From NCBI GenBank assembly GCA_951406725.2, contig OX597829.1, positions 56,048,001 to 56,112,000 of the forward strand: a stretch of DNA of 64,000 bases, read 5' to 3'. Source of the DNA: Octopus vulgaris. Taxonomy: Eukaryota. Numbering within the stretch: the stretch's first letter is position 1; every line of letters begins with the position of its first letter. The position numbers and the translations under genes are program-made. Under the pieces are notes generated by a model. That model did not search any database and was not told the DNA's origin. It saw nothing but the letters and a program-made list of their open reading frames with translations. Shown one piece after another: positions 42,840 through 57,465 of this stretch.

Positions 42840-43800
42840 TAGGCTCCTTAAAGGTTACAATTATTAACACACTCAGCTCTTAAATACTCAGAACGTATAA
42901 GCTAACAATTGTTATCGGTAAAAATGTAACTTTAGTTAACTTCTTTGATGTAACAATAAAATGAACAACTAGCTTACGTAAATTATTGAACAAAACTAAT
43001 AAGAAAAACTTATTTATATCAACTTAGGTTCACACTACCTACACATTGTTTTTAAAAAACCTTCATAAGGATTTTCAATTTATCGCCAAACAAGGAATTG
43101 GCTAATTTAGCGGGGAAATTACCAACACCTGAGTTATTATTGACTCCAAAACACCTATATTTTATGATTCATATTTCTTCTAAGCAAGAAAGCCTTCAAC
43201 TCCTTGATTGGAAACACACATCCCCATTAACTATATTATAAAAAAACATTTAATAATATAGAAAACTACTTAACAGACATGTACGTGAAATAAGTTAGTT
43301 TCACCACCAATATGAAGAATATCCTATCCCACACATCACACAGTAGAACTGAGGTCAACTACTCCTGCAGAAACGCCAAGACATTGCTCACTAATATGTA
43401 TTGTATTGCGGAAGGCTTCACGTACTAATATGAGGTAACTGCTTTCAAACTGAACCTCGACGCCGTTCGCAATCACTACATTAGCTTGATCGGGGAAACT
43501 TCCAGAAAAGACACTTCAATCATATTTCCTCTTTAATATTTATTAAAAAGAGAGATATAACTGGATTCTATAACTTAATCTGGCAATGAAAGAAACGATT
43601 TCCAATTATAATATCAAATGGAAGATTGTTGACAAATCAAGACCTTTCAAGAAATGAACAAAATGATGTGATCTTTGAGCAACACAGAAGCCTCAACAAC
43701 AGTCTTTTGGAACATTGAATTTAAACACTGGATTCTAAATTTTCGAGTAATATAGGCATTTCAAGAAACACCTACTACTATCACTACCTGACTAACTGTA
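42840..43800 (+). mobile_element. Penelope-like element relic, Naiad-type (RT thumb plus GIY-YIG)
   Basis: VNFFDVTI, YINLGSH, SFTTNMKNI, SCRN, YISLIGE..KRHFNHISS, IWQ..YNIKWKIVDKSRPF...CDL*ATQK; frameshifted. Confidence 0.75.
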
Positions 43801-43915
43801 CCCGCTAATAACCGCCACCTACCTACTAAGATAGCTCCTTTTCCTATATATACTTTCATTTTAATTCGGCTGTAATTATATGTGAATGTGTACTATAATT
43901 ATATGCGAGTTAATA

Positions 43916-44255
43916 AGCATCAGTGGTTAGAGCATCGGACTCACAATCATGAGGTTATGAGTTCGATTCCAGGACCGGATTGTGTGTTGTGTTCTTGAGC
44001 AAGATACTTTATTTCACGTTGCTCCAGTTCACTCAGCTGTAGAAATGAGTTGCGACGTAACTGGTGCCAAGCTGTGTCGGCCCCTTTGCCTCTCCCTTGA
44101 GTAACATCAGTAGTATGGTGGGGTGCAGCTGGTATGCATGGGCGACTGCTGGTATTCCATAAGCAACTTTACCTGGACTTGTACCTTGGAGGGGCATTTT
44201 CTGGGCCCAATCTCATGGTCATTCATGACCGAAGGGGCTCTTAACCCTTTACCCT
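43916..44255 (+). mobile_element. tRNA-derived SINE
   Basis: cagtggttagagc A-box, gagttcgattcc B-box, gttcttgagcaagatacttt central domain. Confidence 0.85.
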
Positions 44256-44260
44256 ATATA

Positions 44261-44309
<49 letters not shown>

Positions 44310-44546
44310 TTTTAATGCGTATTGTTTTAATGGTGTATTATTTAATATAGAAATTTTTAGTACTATATTAATAATAATATATTTAAATTAATATTTTATT
44401 ATAGATAATATCTTTCTTTATTAAGTGAATTACTTTATGGAGGTTCTGTCTCTTAATTTTATATATGTTTAACAAAACGTGAAATTTGATTTAGTATAAC
44501 TAAATTGAGTTTGTTTTCCCCTGTCGCCTTGGAATTTTATATTCCC

Positions 44547-44673
<127 letters not shown>

Positions 44674-45361
44674 CTTTATGAACTCTCTACTTTTATAATC
44701 ATTTTTTCTTACCCTATCACTTTCGTTAGCTTGTCTCGTTACACGTTTCTTCTTTTCTAAATGAATATATTTATATCATCATTTAACTATTTTCCTACGA
44801 TTAATGTAGAGATAAAGGGAAAGAAATCATTCTCGTTCTCGTTCTTCAATTCTCCATATTGGCGAAACGGAAACGAATATTTAAAAAAACAAAATTTCTA
44901 ACGATTACATGTATGAATCTTAAGCTCGATAAATACTTGCAGGTTTGAAAAATGTCCTTTCAAGGCATGAATCTTAAAAGTAAACCATGTATAATCAGAT
45001 AGTTTTTATTGCATTATTCGATTTGTGTATATGTATTATGATTGTGCTTAGTCGTAGCAGAAAGAATAGCTAGTTGTTAGAACTTAAAATATGTATAAGT
45101 TCCAGCTATGAAATGACATGAATTCATTGGGTTCCTATGTAAACTAGAAGATGAGTAGAGAGCGTGAGATTAAGAAATAGAATAATTAGTTGATGATAAA
45201 ATAATGGTCGCTAAGTAATTACGTTCACTGGCATCTTTCAGTCGTTTGAGCTGTCAGACGACACACTGTCGCCCATTTCTGGGAGCACAGTTTCCGGTTG
45301 TGAAAATAGCTTTAGGTCAAATGAATGTGATTACGTAACTCCTGTTCCTTTTATCTTTTAT

Positions 45362-46107
45362 ATGTGTATATACATACGCACGCACACGCACATACACATA
45401 CACATCCATCCATCCATACATCAATCCATCCATCCATCCATCCATCCATCCATACATACACACATACATACATACATACATACAAACGCACATACATACA
45501 TACATACAAACGCACATACACATACACATACACATCCATCCATCCATACAAACATACATACATACATACATACATACATACATACATACACACATACATA
45601 CATACATACATACATACATACACACATACATCATACTTACATACATACATTCATACATACATACACACATACATACACACACATACATACATACATACAT
45701 ACATACATACATACACACGCACACGCACATACTCATACACATCCATCCATCCATCCATCCATACACACACACATACATACATACATACATACATACATAC
45801 ATACATACATGTACATACATACATACATACATACATACATACATACATACATCATACTTACATACATACATACACACATACATACATACACACATACATA
45901 CATACACACATATACATATATCATACTTACATACATACATTCATACATACATGCATACATACATACATGCATTCATACATACATACATACATACACACAC
46001 ATACATACATACATACATACATACATACATACATACATACATACACACATATATATATACATACACACACACATACATATATACATACACACATACATAC
46101 ATCATAC

Positions 46108-46138
<31 letters not shown>

Positions 46139-46222
46139 CATAATACCTACATAATACATATATCCGTACATACATACATACATACATACATACATACATA
46201 CATACATACATACATACATACA

Positions 46223-46256
<34 letters not shown>

Positions 46257-46260
46257 CATG
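45362..46260. repeat. (CATA)n/(CATC)n compound microsatellite
   Basis: Direct tandem repeats. Confidence 0.95.
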
Positions 46261-46468
46261 CAGTCACACATACACCTCTATTAAGTTTATAGATGCAAGT
46301 GTTTTTACGAGATTAAGTGATTCGCAACCACGCTAATCTGAATCCTCTCTTCTTGCTCAGAACTTGAACAAGTATCTTTTATAATATGCTAGGAATAACC
46401 AATACCTGTTTATGAAAATTGATACACTAAACTGTACAGAAACATATCATGTTCGTTATCTTTCTTAT

Positions 46469-46525
<57 letters not shown>

Positions 46526-47420
46526 ATTTCTTTCCTTCTCGGTCTGAGAATGTTATGTACGCGCGCGCACGATTGTATGTGTGTGTTAGTTATAGGTACT
46601 CTTCGATCACTCTTGCCTTCGGAAATGCAATAAAACTGATCTTCCCATAGAAATCATAGGTACATGCTATAAAATAAATGAGTAAGTAAATACATCTTAG
46701 AGAGAAATGATTAAGCGGTGTCCATCGACCCGAAGAAATTTTGTCAGAATTTACATTTTAAAATTTTCCTTTTTAAAAAGTGTCCATTTGGTCAGTGTTT
46801 AACTTTTCCTTGTACATTAATTAGTCCTGCAGTAGACACGAACTCTGGTCGTAATAGTCTAACACGTTCCCAACTTGACCAATTAAAACGGTCACTAATA
46901 GATGCTTAAAGAGATTTTGTTTTCAGTTCATTACGTATAATTGAATTGTCTTCTAAAAATAGACTTACCTGTTCTAAAATTAACAACACATCCTCAGACA
47001 TTCTATCGAAAAACGTTAACTGAATTATGACAATTCAAAACACTCACACACAAAAAAAAACGTCCATATTACATTATTTGATTATGTTCCTCAACGCCAA
47101 TCATACACACACACACATTCTGTGCTTGCCTTTCAAATATTTAACATTTGCAAATCATAACACAACTTCGGGCTTACAGACCGTCTTTGATTAGTACTTC
47201 GAAACTTAGCTTGTGTTGCTTTTATTATTTCGAAACTTTTCAAGTTTGCTGTTTCTGTTAGAAGCTAAAGTTGTCATACCTGCCTTTTACTTGCTTAAAA
47301 TATATTTTCTTAAATCTTCTTAAAAGATGTATTTTGTATTTTCCTAAAATATATAATAAACATTTTCCATTTTACTATTATCCTGTTATCGTTATACCGC
47401 TCTCTTTCTATTCTTCTCTC

Positions 47421-47465
<45 letters not shown>

Positions 47466-48134
47466 AAATTGCTCTGTCTATCCCTTCCCCTATCATTTTA
47501 TTTCTCTTCTCTCTCTCTTTCTCTTCCTCTTTCCTTCTCTTATATTATTTTGTAAAAATTCTTCATTTTGCAAACTATTTGACCAGTCATGTTCGGGCTT
47601 TCCATTCTATAGTTGTAGTGTATGTTCTGGCAAATAATGTCCGAGCAGAAATAGCTGACCATAACATTATGGATGCTGAAAAGTTTGTGGTATTTGACTT
47701 GACATGAAATTTCACCAGAGCTAGAAAGTTCTTGGCAAAACTGCAAGTAACATTCAAGTTGAATGGTGGATTAAACTAAGTTACCCTCTTATTACTAGTT
47801 CTTTGGTGTATTGGAAGGGTATTGTTCTATATGTATTGTGACCTAAAAATTAACCATCATTATAGTAGAAGATAGCCTCTTAAAGCAATAATTGTCTAAA
47901 GAGACACTCCTATTTATTTCAGCCATAAAGTTCCTAGTTACCGTCGGGGATTGGTTGGGATTTTGCCTCTTTCTCTATATCTATTTGTCTATGTAAGTAT
48001 ATACTTCCTAACATGTATTCCTGTCAGGGTTGTTTACCTGTAATTAAATCCAGTGTTCTATGTAGGAAGTCGGCAATCATTAAGGATTGCCATTTTACTA
48101 ATAATTTTGTGTGTGAGTTTATACGTGAACGTCT

Positions 48135-48310
48135 TCTTTTATCTTCTCTAACGTGTTTCGGTCATTGGACTCCGACCATATTGTGGTACCACCTTGTGAA
48201 GTTTAGTCGAAAAAAATCGACCCCAACACTTAGTATTTTTTAAACACGGTGCTCATTCTGTCGATTTCTTTTGCCGAACTGCAAAATTATGGGGACATAG
48301 ACAAGCCCAC
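48135..48310 (-). mobile_element. 3' half of the SINE family seen at 6343-6815
   Basis: Reverse complement of the tail at 6660-6815. Confidence 0.7.
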
Positions 48311-48930
48311 GCAAGCACGCATAGACACAGACACAGACACAGACACACACACACACACACACATACACACACACACTCACACGCACACACACATGTACAC
48401 GTGCACACTTCGTAGTTTTGCTGTTAATGTGTATGTGTTTTGTAAACATTTAGTAGATACTGATAGCACTTTGATAGGGGGACAGCTGTGAAGGCCCTAA
48501 CAATTGTAAGCATCTTCATTTAAGGCGAGGAGTTATCAGAGTTTTTAGGGTGATGGCTAGAATATTTTATGGTATTCGGTCCTTCTTTTTGCACTCTCTG
48601 CTGAAATCCTACAAGTCAACCTTGCCACACGTCCCTTCGATATCGTTAGATAACTTATCACTCTTATTTCTGGTTGAACTCTCTTTCCTTCATCACTGTC
48701 TCTATCTGTCTTTATCTTTTCTCTCTGTCACTCTCTCATTCTCTTCCTTTTCTCTTTTCATTCTGTTTATCTCTGGAAGAGATAAACAGTGTTAAGACCT
48801 TGAAATAGTTGGCTACGCCAGGTTTTAAGATCTTGACGTATGGTGCAACAGCTCGCCAGCAAGTCCCTCGAGATTTGAGAATGCATGTTAGAAAGGATAT
48901 GTGGCGGGAGCAGGTTGCTTACGTGTGTGA

Positions 48931-49002
<72 letters not shown>

Positions 49003-49003
49003 G

Positions 49004-49385
49004 TGGCACTCCGTTGTTTAGGAAGACGAGTGTTCCAGGTGATCCGAGCAACGGAACAGCCTGCTCGTGAAATTAACGTACAAGTGGCTGAGCACTCTAC
49101 AGACACATGTTCCTCTTAATGTAGATCTCAGGGAGATTCAGCGTGACACAGAGTGTGACAAGACTGGTCCTTTGAAATACAGGTACAACAGAAACAGGAA
49201 GAAAGAGTGAGAGAAATTTGTGGTGAAAGAGTACAGCAGGTTTCGCCACCACCCCCTGCCGGAGCCTCATGGAGCTTTAGGTGTTTTCGCTCAGTAAACA
49301 CTCACAACACCTGGTCTGGGAATCGAAACTGCAATCCTACGACCACGAGTCCGCTGCCCTATCCACTGGGCCATTGCGCCTCCAT
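49004..49385 (-). mobile_element. tRNA-derived SINE, near full length
   Basis: Reverse complement: ggcgcaatggcccagtggatagggc...gtttcgattccc; tail shared with 40085-40260. Confidence 0.85.
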
Positions 49386-50884
49386 ATATATATGTGAGGG
49401 CGCAATGGGTTCAGGGATGTTCCAGAAGTAATGAAATTCTCTTTGCATTTGATCCCACTGCACAGTACCCGCTGCCTTTACGTCGGGTTGTCCCAATCCT
49501 AGACCTGATAGGGTTATAGCTAAGTGAAAGCTGTCTTTGAATGTTTTAATTACTGTTCTTGAAACTGGATGGAGCACCTGATTCTATCTTAGTAATAAGT
49601 TAAGTTTAGAAATGCTTTTAGAAACCTCAGCGAGTTTCACTATAATGCAACGACGAGATAGTTTCTTTGATGGAAAAACTGAAATACTTAGAATTGAAAC
49701 CCTACCTGTAATCCATTTATCTACATATATGTGTGTGTTTGTGTGTAAGTACCAATATCATATATCTTGTACACCAACACCACACACATTTTTCTAAGAT
49801 TTTGGGTGTTCTCTATAGGGAATTTGATCGTGGCCACCAGATATTCCAAATCCAACTTTAAAATCGCCCAGAAAGTACAACATTAATTCTTCAGTAATTA
49901 TAATTTTTATATATTACCTTCGATAATAGTTTTGAAATGACTAATTTCTTACACGTTACTTTAGATTTATATTATCTTTTACATAAAACTAATTCATGCT
50001 TCGAATAAACTAATTCTAATTCTAACCACCAAAACTTAGTCTTAAGTAATGTTATCAATAGCGTGTTCATTAGAATTTCCGGTCTTTCGACAATTGAAGA
50101 TATTTCAAATAGTCATGCTACATATTTCAATCTGGCTATGTCCACCAGTGGTGCTTTTCATCCCCTAAACTAGAATAAAAAATTAAGCTTGAACAATTAA
50201 CTCCACACAAAAAGCTCCTTGCAGATGAATTTAAGACCTTTAATATCAAAAAGTATATCCCATAGAGCTTGTCCGATAATAACTTTCTGTCTTCCTAACA
50301 TTAATAGTAATACTAGTATTTTACCCTGGTTTTGCCGGCGATTACTCTTACCTATGATAGTTTAGGTTACCTAAAAACCACCTCTTACTCAGGGTAACTC
50401 TCGCCACCTGAAACATCTTGTACGACATAACGAGAGCAGCAGGCGCGGGGTTCAATTGTTTACTCCTCTATTTCGTTTACAAGTTAAATGTCTACTTAAA
50501 CACTCTTTCAATCTCCTAAAATTAAATTTTTCCACCTCAATATAAATACCACTGTGTATCTAACTCTTCCAATATAAAGCTTTCTTACTCTTCTTCACCT
50601 AATCCTGACTCCTGGACTGCGGCTTCTCTCATATAAAAATTCGACTTAATCCATATGTACTCAGGAGTATCTTAATTTTATAACAGCATTCCTAGTAATC
50701 ATGTAATAACAATGATAATGTTGGTGTGACTAACAGCTTTATTGGCATTACTAATAGCAAAACTGACACCATTCGCAATAACAGCCCTCGAAATAGCAAC
50801 CTTACGGGAGCCGGAAGTAAATTTTAACATAAATATATATAAATATGCCTGCTAATCTTTTCTAATAACTGCAACGCAAATAAC

Positions 50885-50982
<98 letters not shown>

Positions 50983-51031
50983 TAATAATAATAATAATAA
51001 TAATAATTATTATTATTATTATTATTATAAT

Positions 51032-51240
51032 TGCTCTTGGAAGTATCAGCACTCAACTACCAACATGGTTGAAACTGGTCGGTGCAAGCGTGTAGGTAGA
51101 ACACCTACAAAAATCAGCATTGCTTGGAACTGCAAGAGTTCTTCACAAGGTTCTTGAAGCATGACCAGTAAACAAGTGTCACCCCAGTCTGCTGGCTATG
51201 GACAGCTGACACTTTCCATCATACCCAGAAAGTAGTAATT
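51032..51240 (+). mobile_element. R4/Dong-type LINE extreme 3' end (family A)
   Basis: ALGSISTQL...LQKSALLGTARVLHKVLEA* plus UTR. Confidence 0.75.
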
Positions 51241-51483
51241 AGTGTGTTGGGAATGATATGGAAGGGAGCTGAGAAGTATATTAAGCAACTCCTTGGTAAC
51301 TCTAATCCCTGTGAACTACAAAAGATAACCTTGATGGGTACAGACCATATAAGACGGAAAACACTCTCCATCTAAAATGGAATAAATGTGGTGATAATGT
51401 TAGCATGCATAGCAAAACAAAAATGCCCCTTGCTACTCTTGGCCTCCGGTGGATGCCCAGTACTAAGGCAGCTGAAATAAAGT

Positions 51484-51484
<1 letters not shown>
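51241..51484 (+). mobile_element. R4/Dong-type LINE extreme 3' end (family B)
   Basis: ELQKITLMGTDHIRRKTLSI* plus a different UTR, then (AAT)n. Confidence 0.75.
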
Positions 51485-51570
<86 letters not shown>

Positions 51571-52029
51571 TAGATAGAGAAATTAAGGCCAACACAGATA
51601 GAGAAATTAAGGCCAACAGACCAGATATAGTTGTCAGAGATCATGAAGAAAAAAAATGCTTTCTAATTGATGTATCAATACCGGCAGATGACAACGTGTC
51701 TCTAAAAGAAATGGAGAAACTTTCAAAATACAAAGACCTGGAAATAGAGGTAACCAGAATGTGGAATCTAAAAACAGAAACAATTCCTATCATAGTAGGT
51801 GCATTAGACATGATAAAAAAATATTCAGACAAATACATAACAAAAACACCAGGACTTACAAACACATATAACATACAGAAAATTGCACTACTAGGCACTG
51901 CACGCATCCTACGCAGAACACTTTCCATACCATAACCATCAGAGCATCACAACAAATCACAGCACATACCCAAGGCACACAGAGCTGCGCTCGGTAGTGA
52001 AGTGAAAGCACGCTATAAAAATAAAACTA

Positions 52030-52033
<4 letters not shown>
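51571..52033 (+). mobile_element. Young 5'-truncated R4/Dong LINE (RLE domain intact) within (AAT)n
   Basis: Open frame DREIKANRPDIVVRD...FLIDVSIP...EKLSKYKDL...PIIVGALD...QKIALLGTARILRRTLSIP*, with (AAT)n on both sides. Confidence 0.9.
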
Positions 52034-52088
<55 letters not shown>

Positions 52089-53741
52089 TAATAATTTTTA
52101 TTGTAATATTGACAATATGGAGAAGAATATGAATAACAATAGCATTAACGATAATGATGAATCAACTCGATTCGAAAAAAAAGGTAATTGTTGAGAACCT
52201 AACAATTGCGATATGGGTGTGATCGCTTGCGATATAAAATCGTACACAGTTGTATTTTTTATACTAGCTACCAAAATTCGACAAATATATATATTGGTTC
52301 TTCCGCTGATTACAGGATTATGCACAAATCTTCCACCTCGTTAAGAATCGTCACTAAATTATATAAATTACTTCATAACAAAAAGCATCTCAAATTATAT
52401 TACTTGGTCTATCATTAGGACTGGGCGACATTAAAATGATAACTGCATTGCAGCAGAGAATCTCTTGAAATATTACGTGGTTATAGGGACCTTATCCTAA
52501 ATAAAAAGCGTGATACAGTTACATTCTGTAGACATCGATTATTAAAAACGTTTAATTTTTATCATAGATCACTTGAGCTCCAGTCGTCCCAGATAACTAT
52601 AAACATGCATTTCGATCTATTAGATCTTTGCCTTAGCTTTAATATATCCCTCTTAATCTATTTACATATATCAACTTGGCTCAGTTAGAATTATGAAATC
52701 TCTTTATTCTTATGATACCTTGAAATATTTAAAAGCTCCGCATATGATGATTATATAACGATATGTTTTTTAGTTCTCCCTTATATATTTACAACATTAC
52801 CATTTATTCCTTGTTTGATCCACTTTACATTTTTTTTTCCAGTAACTCTTGTCTTTCTGCATGTTTAAGGATTATACTATATTACGACTATCAAATAGTC
52901 ATTCTGTCGTTCCCCGAACAGGGTGATACCTAGTTTACTCCCCATCCTTTCTTTCTTTCCCCCTAATTAATTCTCTATGACCTTGCTTCTCTATTTCTAT
53001 TTTCCTAAAACTTAGATTTATTTGATATATTTCAAATAGACAGATTGTAACCGACAAAATTACTCTTTCATCTATTATCTCTTTCTTTCTCCTTTTTTTC
53101 TTTACTTTTTATTCCCTTTTCCCTCTCCCTTACTTTTACTGAAATCGGGATCTTGTTCATGATCTCAGACCCTTGCTTCTCGCTCTATCTACCTCACCAC
53201 TACTAATATCCATCTTTCTCCGATTTCTATCTTTTTCTTTTTGTATGTTTATGTTTGTATGCCTCAACATGCATACCTGCTTGCGTAATACAAACTTTCG
53301 TTTCTTGGGACGAAAGTAAATTATTTTCGCTTTATCTCTGCAGGGTTAACTTTTGAAACAGCTGTAAAGATTTTCCAGGACTACATTTTCCTTCTCTAAA
53401 TATATTTATGCTTATATAACATGGTTTATAAACTATGTATTTTTAATATAAACTTGCTCGCTTATCTTTTCTCTCGACTTGTCCGCGGGAGCTTTATATT
53501 TATCATAGCTAACTCCTCCTCCGTTATACTATTCCACACTTTATGCCGTAGGATGTTGGGAATCCGGACTAATCCAAGCAATGACAAGGGGTTTATCTAC
53601 TCCACGCTTATCACAGCGTTTTCTCATCTATTGTATATACATGTGTCTATCTATCTGTATATACATACATATACATATATGTATATATAAATGTGTGTGT
53701 GTTTGTGTACATGTATGTATATATTCATATGCATATGTGTA

Positions 53742-53791
<50 letters not shown>

Positions 53792-54539
53792 TATGTATAT
53801 ATACATATATGTAGATGTAGATTAAAATAGAAAATGAAAACGCAAAATATTTGGCATCACTCAAAAAACATTTAATTTAAATAGACATCATAAGCAGATA
53901 GAATATCCAACAGCTGTTTCTAGAATAGCGACGCATGTAGATTATGCTATTCAGTAAGCTACATATTCAGTCGTCGGACAGACAGAAATCAGAAAATATA
54001 GAAATGAAGAATATCCCCGATCGAGGACGCTAGTACAGTCAAGTTAGTCGAAAAATGAAGAAAGGGTCAATGCGAAAAGTATATGTTTTTGGTAGTTCGG
54101 TAATAAAATAAATAATAAAGTTTTAGGTAAGGTCCATTATTAGTTTCATAGGTGAATATTTGATGATAATCCATATGTGCATATATGTATATATACATAA
54201 GTATAAACAGAGGCATTTATCGAAGTACATACATATTTGTATGTATGCATTGTCATTGTTCAGTTTTATTTCAAGATTACTTGTCAATAGAGAAAAAGGC
54301 GGTTTCTATCCTAGATTCAAGGCTCCTTCATTGGAATTTCAACATCAACAACAGGGTATTTTTGTATGTATGTATGTATGTATGTATGTATGTATGTATG
54401 TATGTATGTATGTATGTATGTATGTATATGTGCAGAGTCGTATATCTTGCTTTATATACGTATTATCATGCATATAGTTACATATCAAGACATGCTCATA
54501 TATATTTAAATGATAGACATCTGGAAAGTTTTACAGATT

Positions 54540-55160
54540 TTTACAGTTCCAGTGATGGATTGTATCTGTAGTCTTCGAATTAGCTTTCTCCTTTCTGGTT
54601 TTGAGAAACCTAATTTCTCAAGATTGGTATTTAGGCAGTGTGTTACATATCACAGGGCCCCAATAATTGCAGGTATAAACCTGAACTCATAATCTGGATA
54701 GAGTAACTGCCAGATTTCTCAATAGTTCAGTATAGGTGTTCTCTTTTTCACTGATCTTCAGCTTTATGTTAACATCCGTTGGGCAGATAATTTCTGCAAC
54801 AGTACACAGTTTCTCTTCTCAATCCCAAATCATTATATCAGGTCTGTTGTGCTTACATTTTATTGAGATCTTCACTGGTACATTCTACAAGTATTCCTTT
54901 TTATTATGAGTGGCTATGGCTACCACTATACTGTGGGTTCTTATTTCTTTGTCCTCGTGGTTATCCTTCCGACAGATTTCGTTATAGAGTGTCCTATTTA
55001 CAGCATAATGTCTCAATGATAGATATAACGGTGATGACATTTTCGGACAATTGCTGATGATGTGGGTGATATCTTCGGTATTAACTACACAAAGCCTGCA
55101 TCAGTTGTCACATTTTGCTGCTTTTCCTGCATCTCAGTCCCTTTTGTACATCACGTACTT
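54540..55160 (-). mobile_element. Degenerate R4/Dong LINE 3' end
   Basis: HIISNC, RHSI, NRPDIMI and PAIIGAL motifs on the minus strand. Confidence 0.6.
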
Positions 55161-55167
55161 GGTTAAT

Positions 55168-55402
55168 ATGTATGTATGTAAGTATGTATGTATGTATGCA
55201 TCTATGTATGTATGTATGTATGTATGTATGTGTGTATTATGTATGTATGTATGTATATATATATGCATGTGTGTATTATGTATGTATGTATATATGTGTG
55301 TATTATGTATGTATGTATGTATGTATGTATGTATGTATGTATGTATGTATGTATGTATGTATGTATGTATGTATGTATGTATGTATCTATGTATGTATTA
55401 TG
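55168..55402. repeat. (TATG)n microsatellite
   Basis: Direct tandem repeats. Confidence 0.9.
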
Positions 55403-56689
55403 TTAGCTGCCTTAAATGTTGCTTTAAACAATACTATAAACAGAAGCAAATAGTGATAGGGTTATATATTTTTAGTAGTGACACAATTTTCAACGTTGAC
55501 TCGAAAAGTGGTTAGATAAATCCTATGTTTATTTTTTTCTTTCGATGACCAAAAAAGGAAATGATCGACTTGACCAGTTTAAGTGGCTTTTACCGTTTCA
55601 CTAGCGGTCTTTTACTAATTTCGTTGGCCACAGAGTTATTACGGACTTATAGATATTCATTATAGAAAGAAACACGGATAGAATTAATGTGATCTATCAC
55701 GATTTGCAGTAGTGCAATATTAGCAACGTTTAATTAATTAATAGAAACACTTCCTGGTAACTGGATTAACAGATAAGATCAACCTGTTTCGCGTTTCCAG
55801 TAAAATTTTAGTTTCGCTTTGATAAGTAGATATTTTGGTTAAACTGCATGTTGATTGTTTGTGTTCCAGAACAAAAAGAGACCGGACTGTTTCAGCTGTA
55901 TTCTTAACTTTTCCTCAAATGTTGCTTACTCGTTCTCCTCCATACAGAGAATATAAGAATTGAGAGCTATCTATAACAAAAACAAGTAGTGTAAGATATA
56001 AGTAAGATAGGCCTTTAAAGAAGTAATGAAGAGACTATGATATTAATCGATTCGACCATTTTTTTCTTCTTTTGTCTTCGTAGAGACCACTTACGGCTTA
56101 ACCCTTATATCTAATTTTCAAAGTGAGGCTAGAAATGAATTTTTGTTAAAAACACACCCTCGTAAACTTACCACACATGTCTATTTATTCAGAAGCGGTG
56201 TATAGTACTATCAATTAAATGTTGCCAGCACTTGAATTATTGTTACATACATTAGAAAAGACCAATTTAGTTCTATCCGAGGCTATCTGCGTGTGTGTTA
56301 CTGAGCTTGTATCAGGAAAGCGTCTAGTTAATTACAGATATATTCTGATGAACGATTCTGAGAATAATTCTGATACATTCTGAAAGCTGTGATCTTGATA
56401 ATAAGGAAAACAAGACAGCATTTCTATATATCTCAAGAAATGAAAATGTAATAGAAAAAACCATTTTGTCTGATAATAAATCAAAGCAAGACGCGATTAA
56501 GATTAACTTGAATAATGTAAAACTGTTGAAAACAATTTAAAGAAAATAATACGAAAGGTATGATATAGAAAGTCAGAATTGAATGGTTCAACTCTTGATT
56601 CCAAGCCAAATAACATCTCAAAGCCAAATGTATATTCATAATTAAAATGTTAATTGTTTAGTTGTTTCCGGTATACATTCTATATAATC

Positions 56690-57213
56690 GGTATCATCAT
56701 CATCATCATCATCGACATCGCAACCTCATCATGCAAACACCCTTTTTTTCTAATCAACACATTCCTGTAATGACAATGTCTCCCTAACCCATACTTCCAG
56801 TTGCCGTCATCACCACCGTCGTCATCGTCGTCGTCCGTTTCCACATCCTCCTCCTCATCATCATCATCAATCGCTGCCACCGTCGAAGTCGTCATCATCA
56901 TCATCATCATTGTTATTACCATCATTAGCATTATCCAATATTTAACGCATCATTGCATTCTTGAGACCATTCCAAGTTAGTAGTAGTAGTAGTAGTAGTA
57001 GTAGTAGCAGTAGTGGTATTAGTGGTGGTGGTGGTGGTTGTAGCGGTGATGGTAAAAGCAACAGCAATGGTGTTGGTGATATGGTTTATGGTTGTGGTGT
57101 TGATGCGGTTGTGGTGGTGGTGGTGGTCGTCGTCGTGGTAGCTTTAGTTTGTGGTGGTGGTATTCGTTGTGGCATTGTCACTTTCATCACTATATTCATT
57201 TACTACCACTACC

Positions 57214-57257
<44 letters not shown>

Positions 57258-57293
57258 CGTCACTACTACTACTACTACCGTCACTACTACCGT

Positions 57294-57328
<35 letters not shown>

Positions 57329-57329
57329 T

Positions 57330-57410
<81 letters not shown>

Positions 57411-57465
57411 AACTACTATTACTACTACTACCACTACCATCACTACTACTACCACTACTATTACT
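56690..57465. repeat. Compound trinucleotide microsatellites (CAT/CGT, GTA/GGT, TAC/CAC)
   Basis: Direct tandem repeats; the GTA/GTG block is inverted relative to the TAC/CAC block. Confidence 0.9.
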
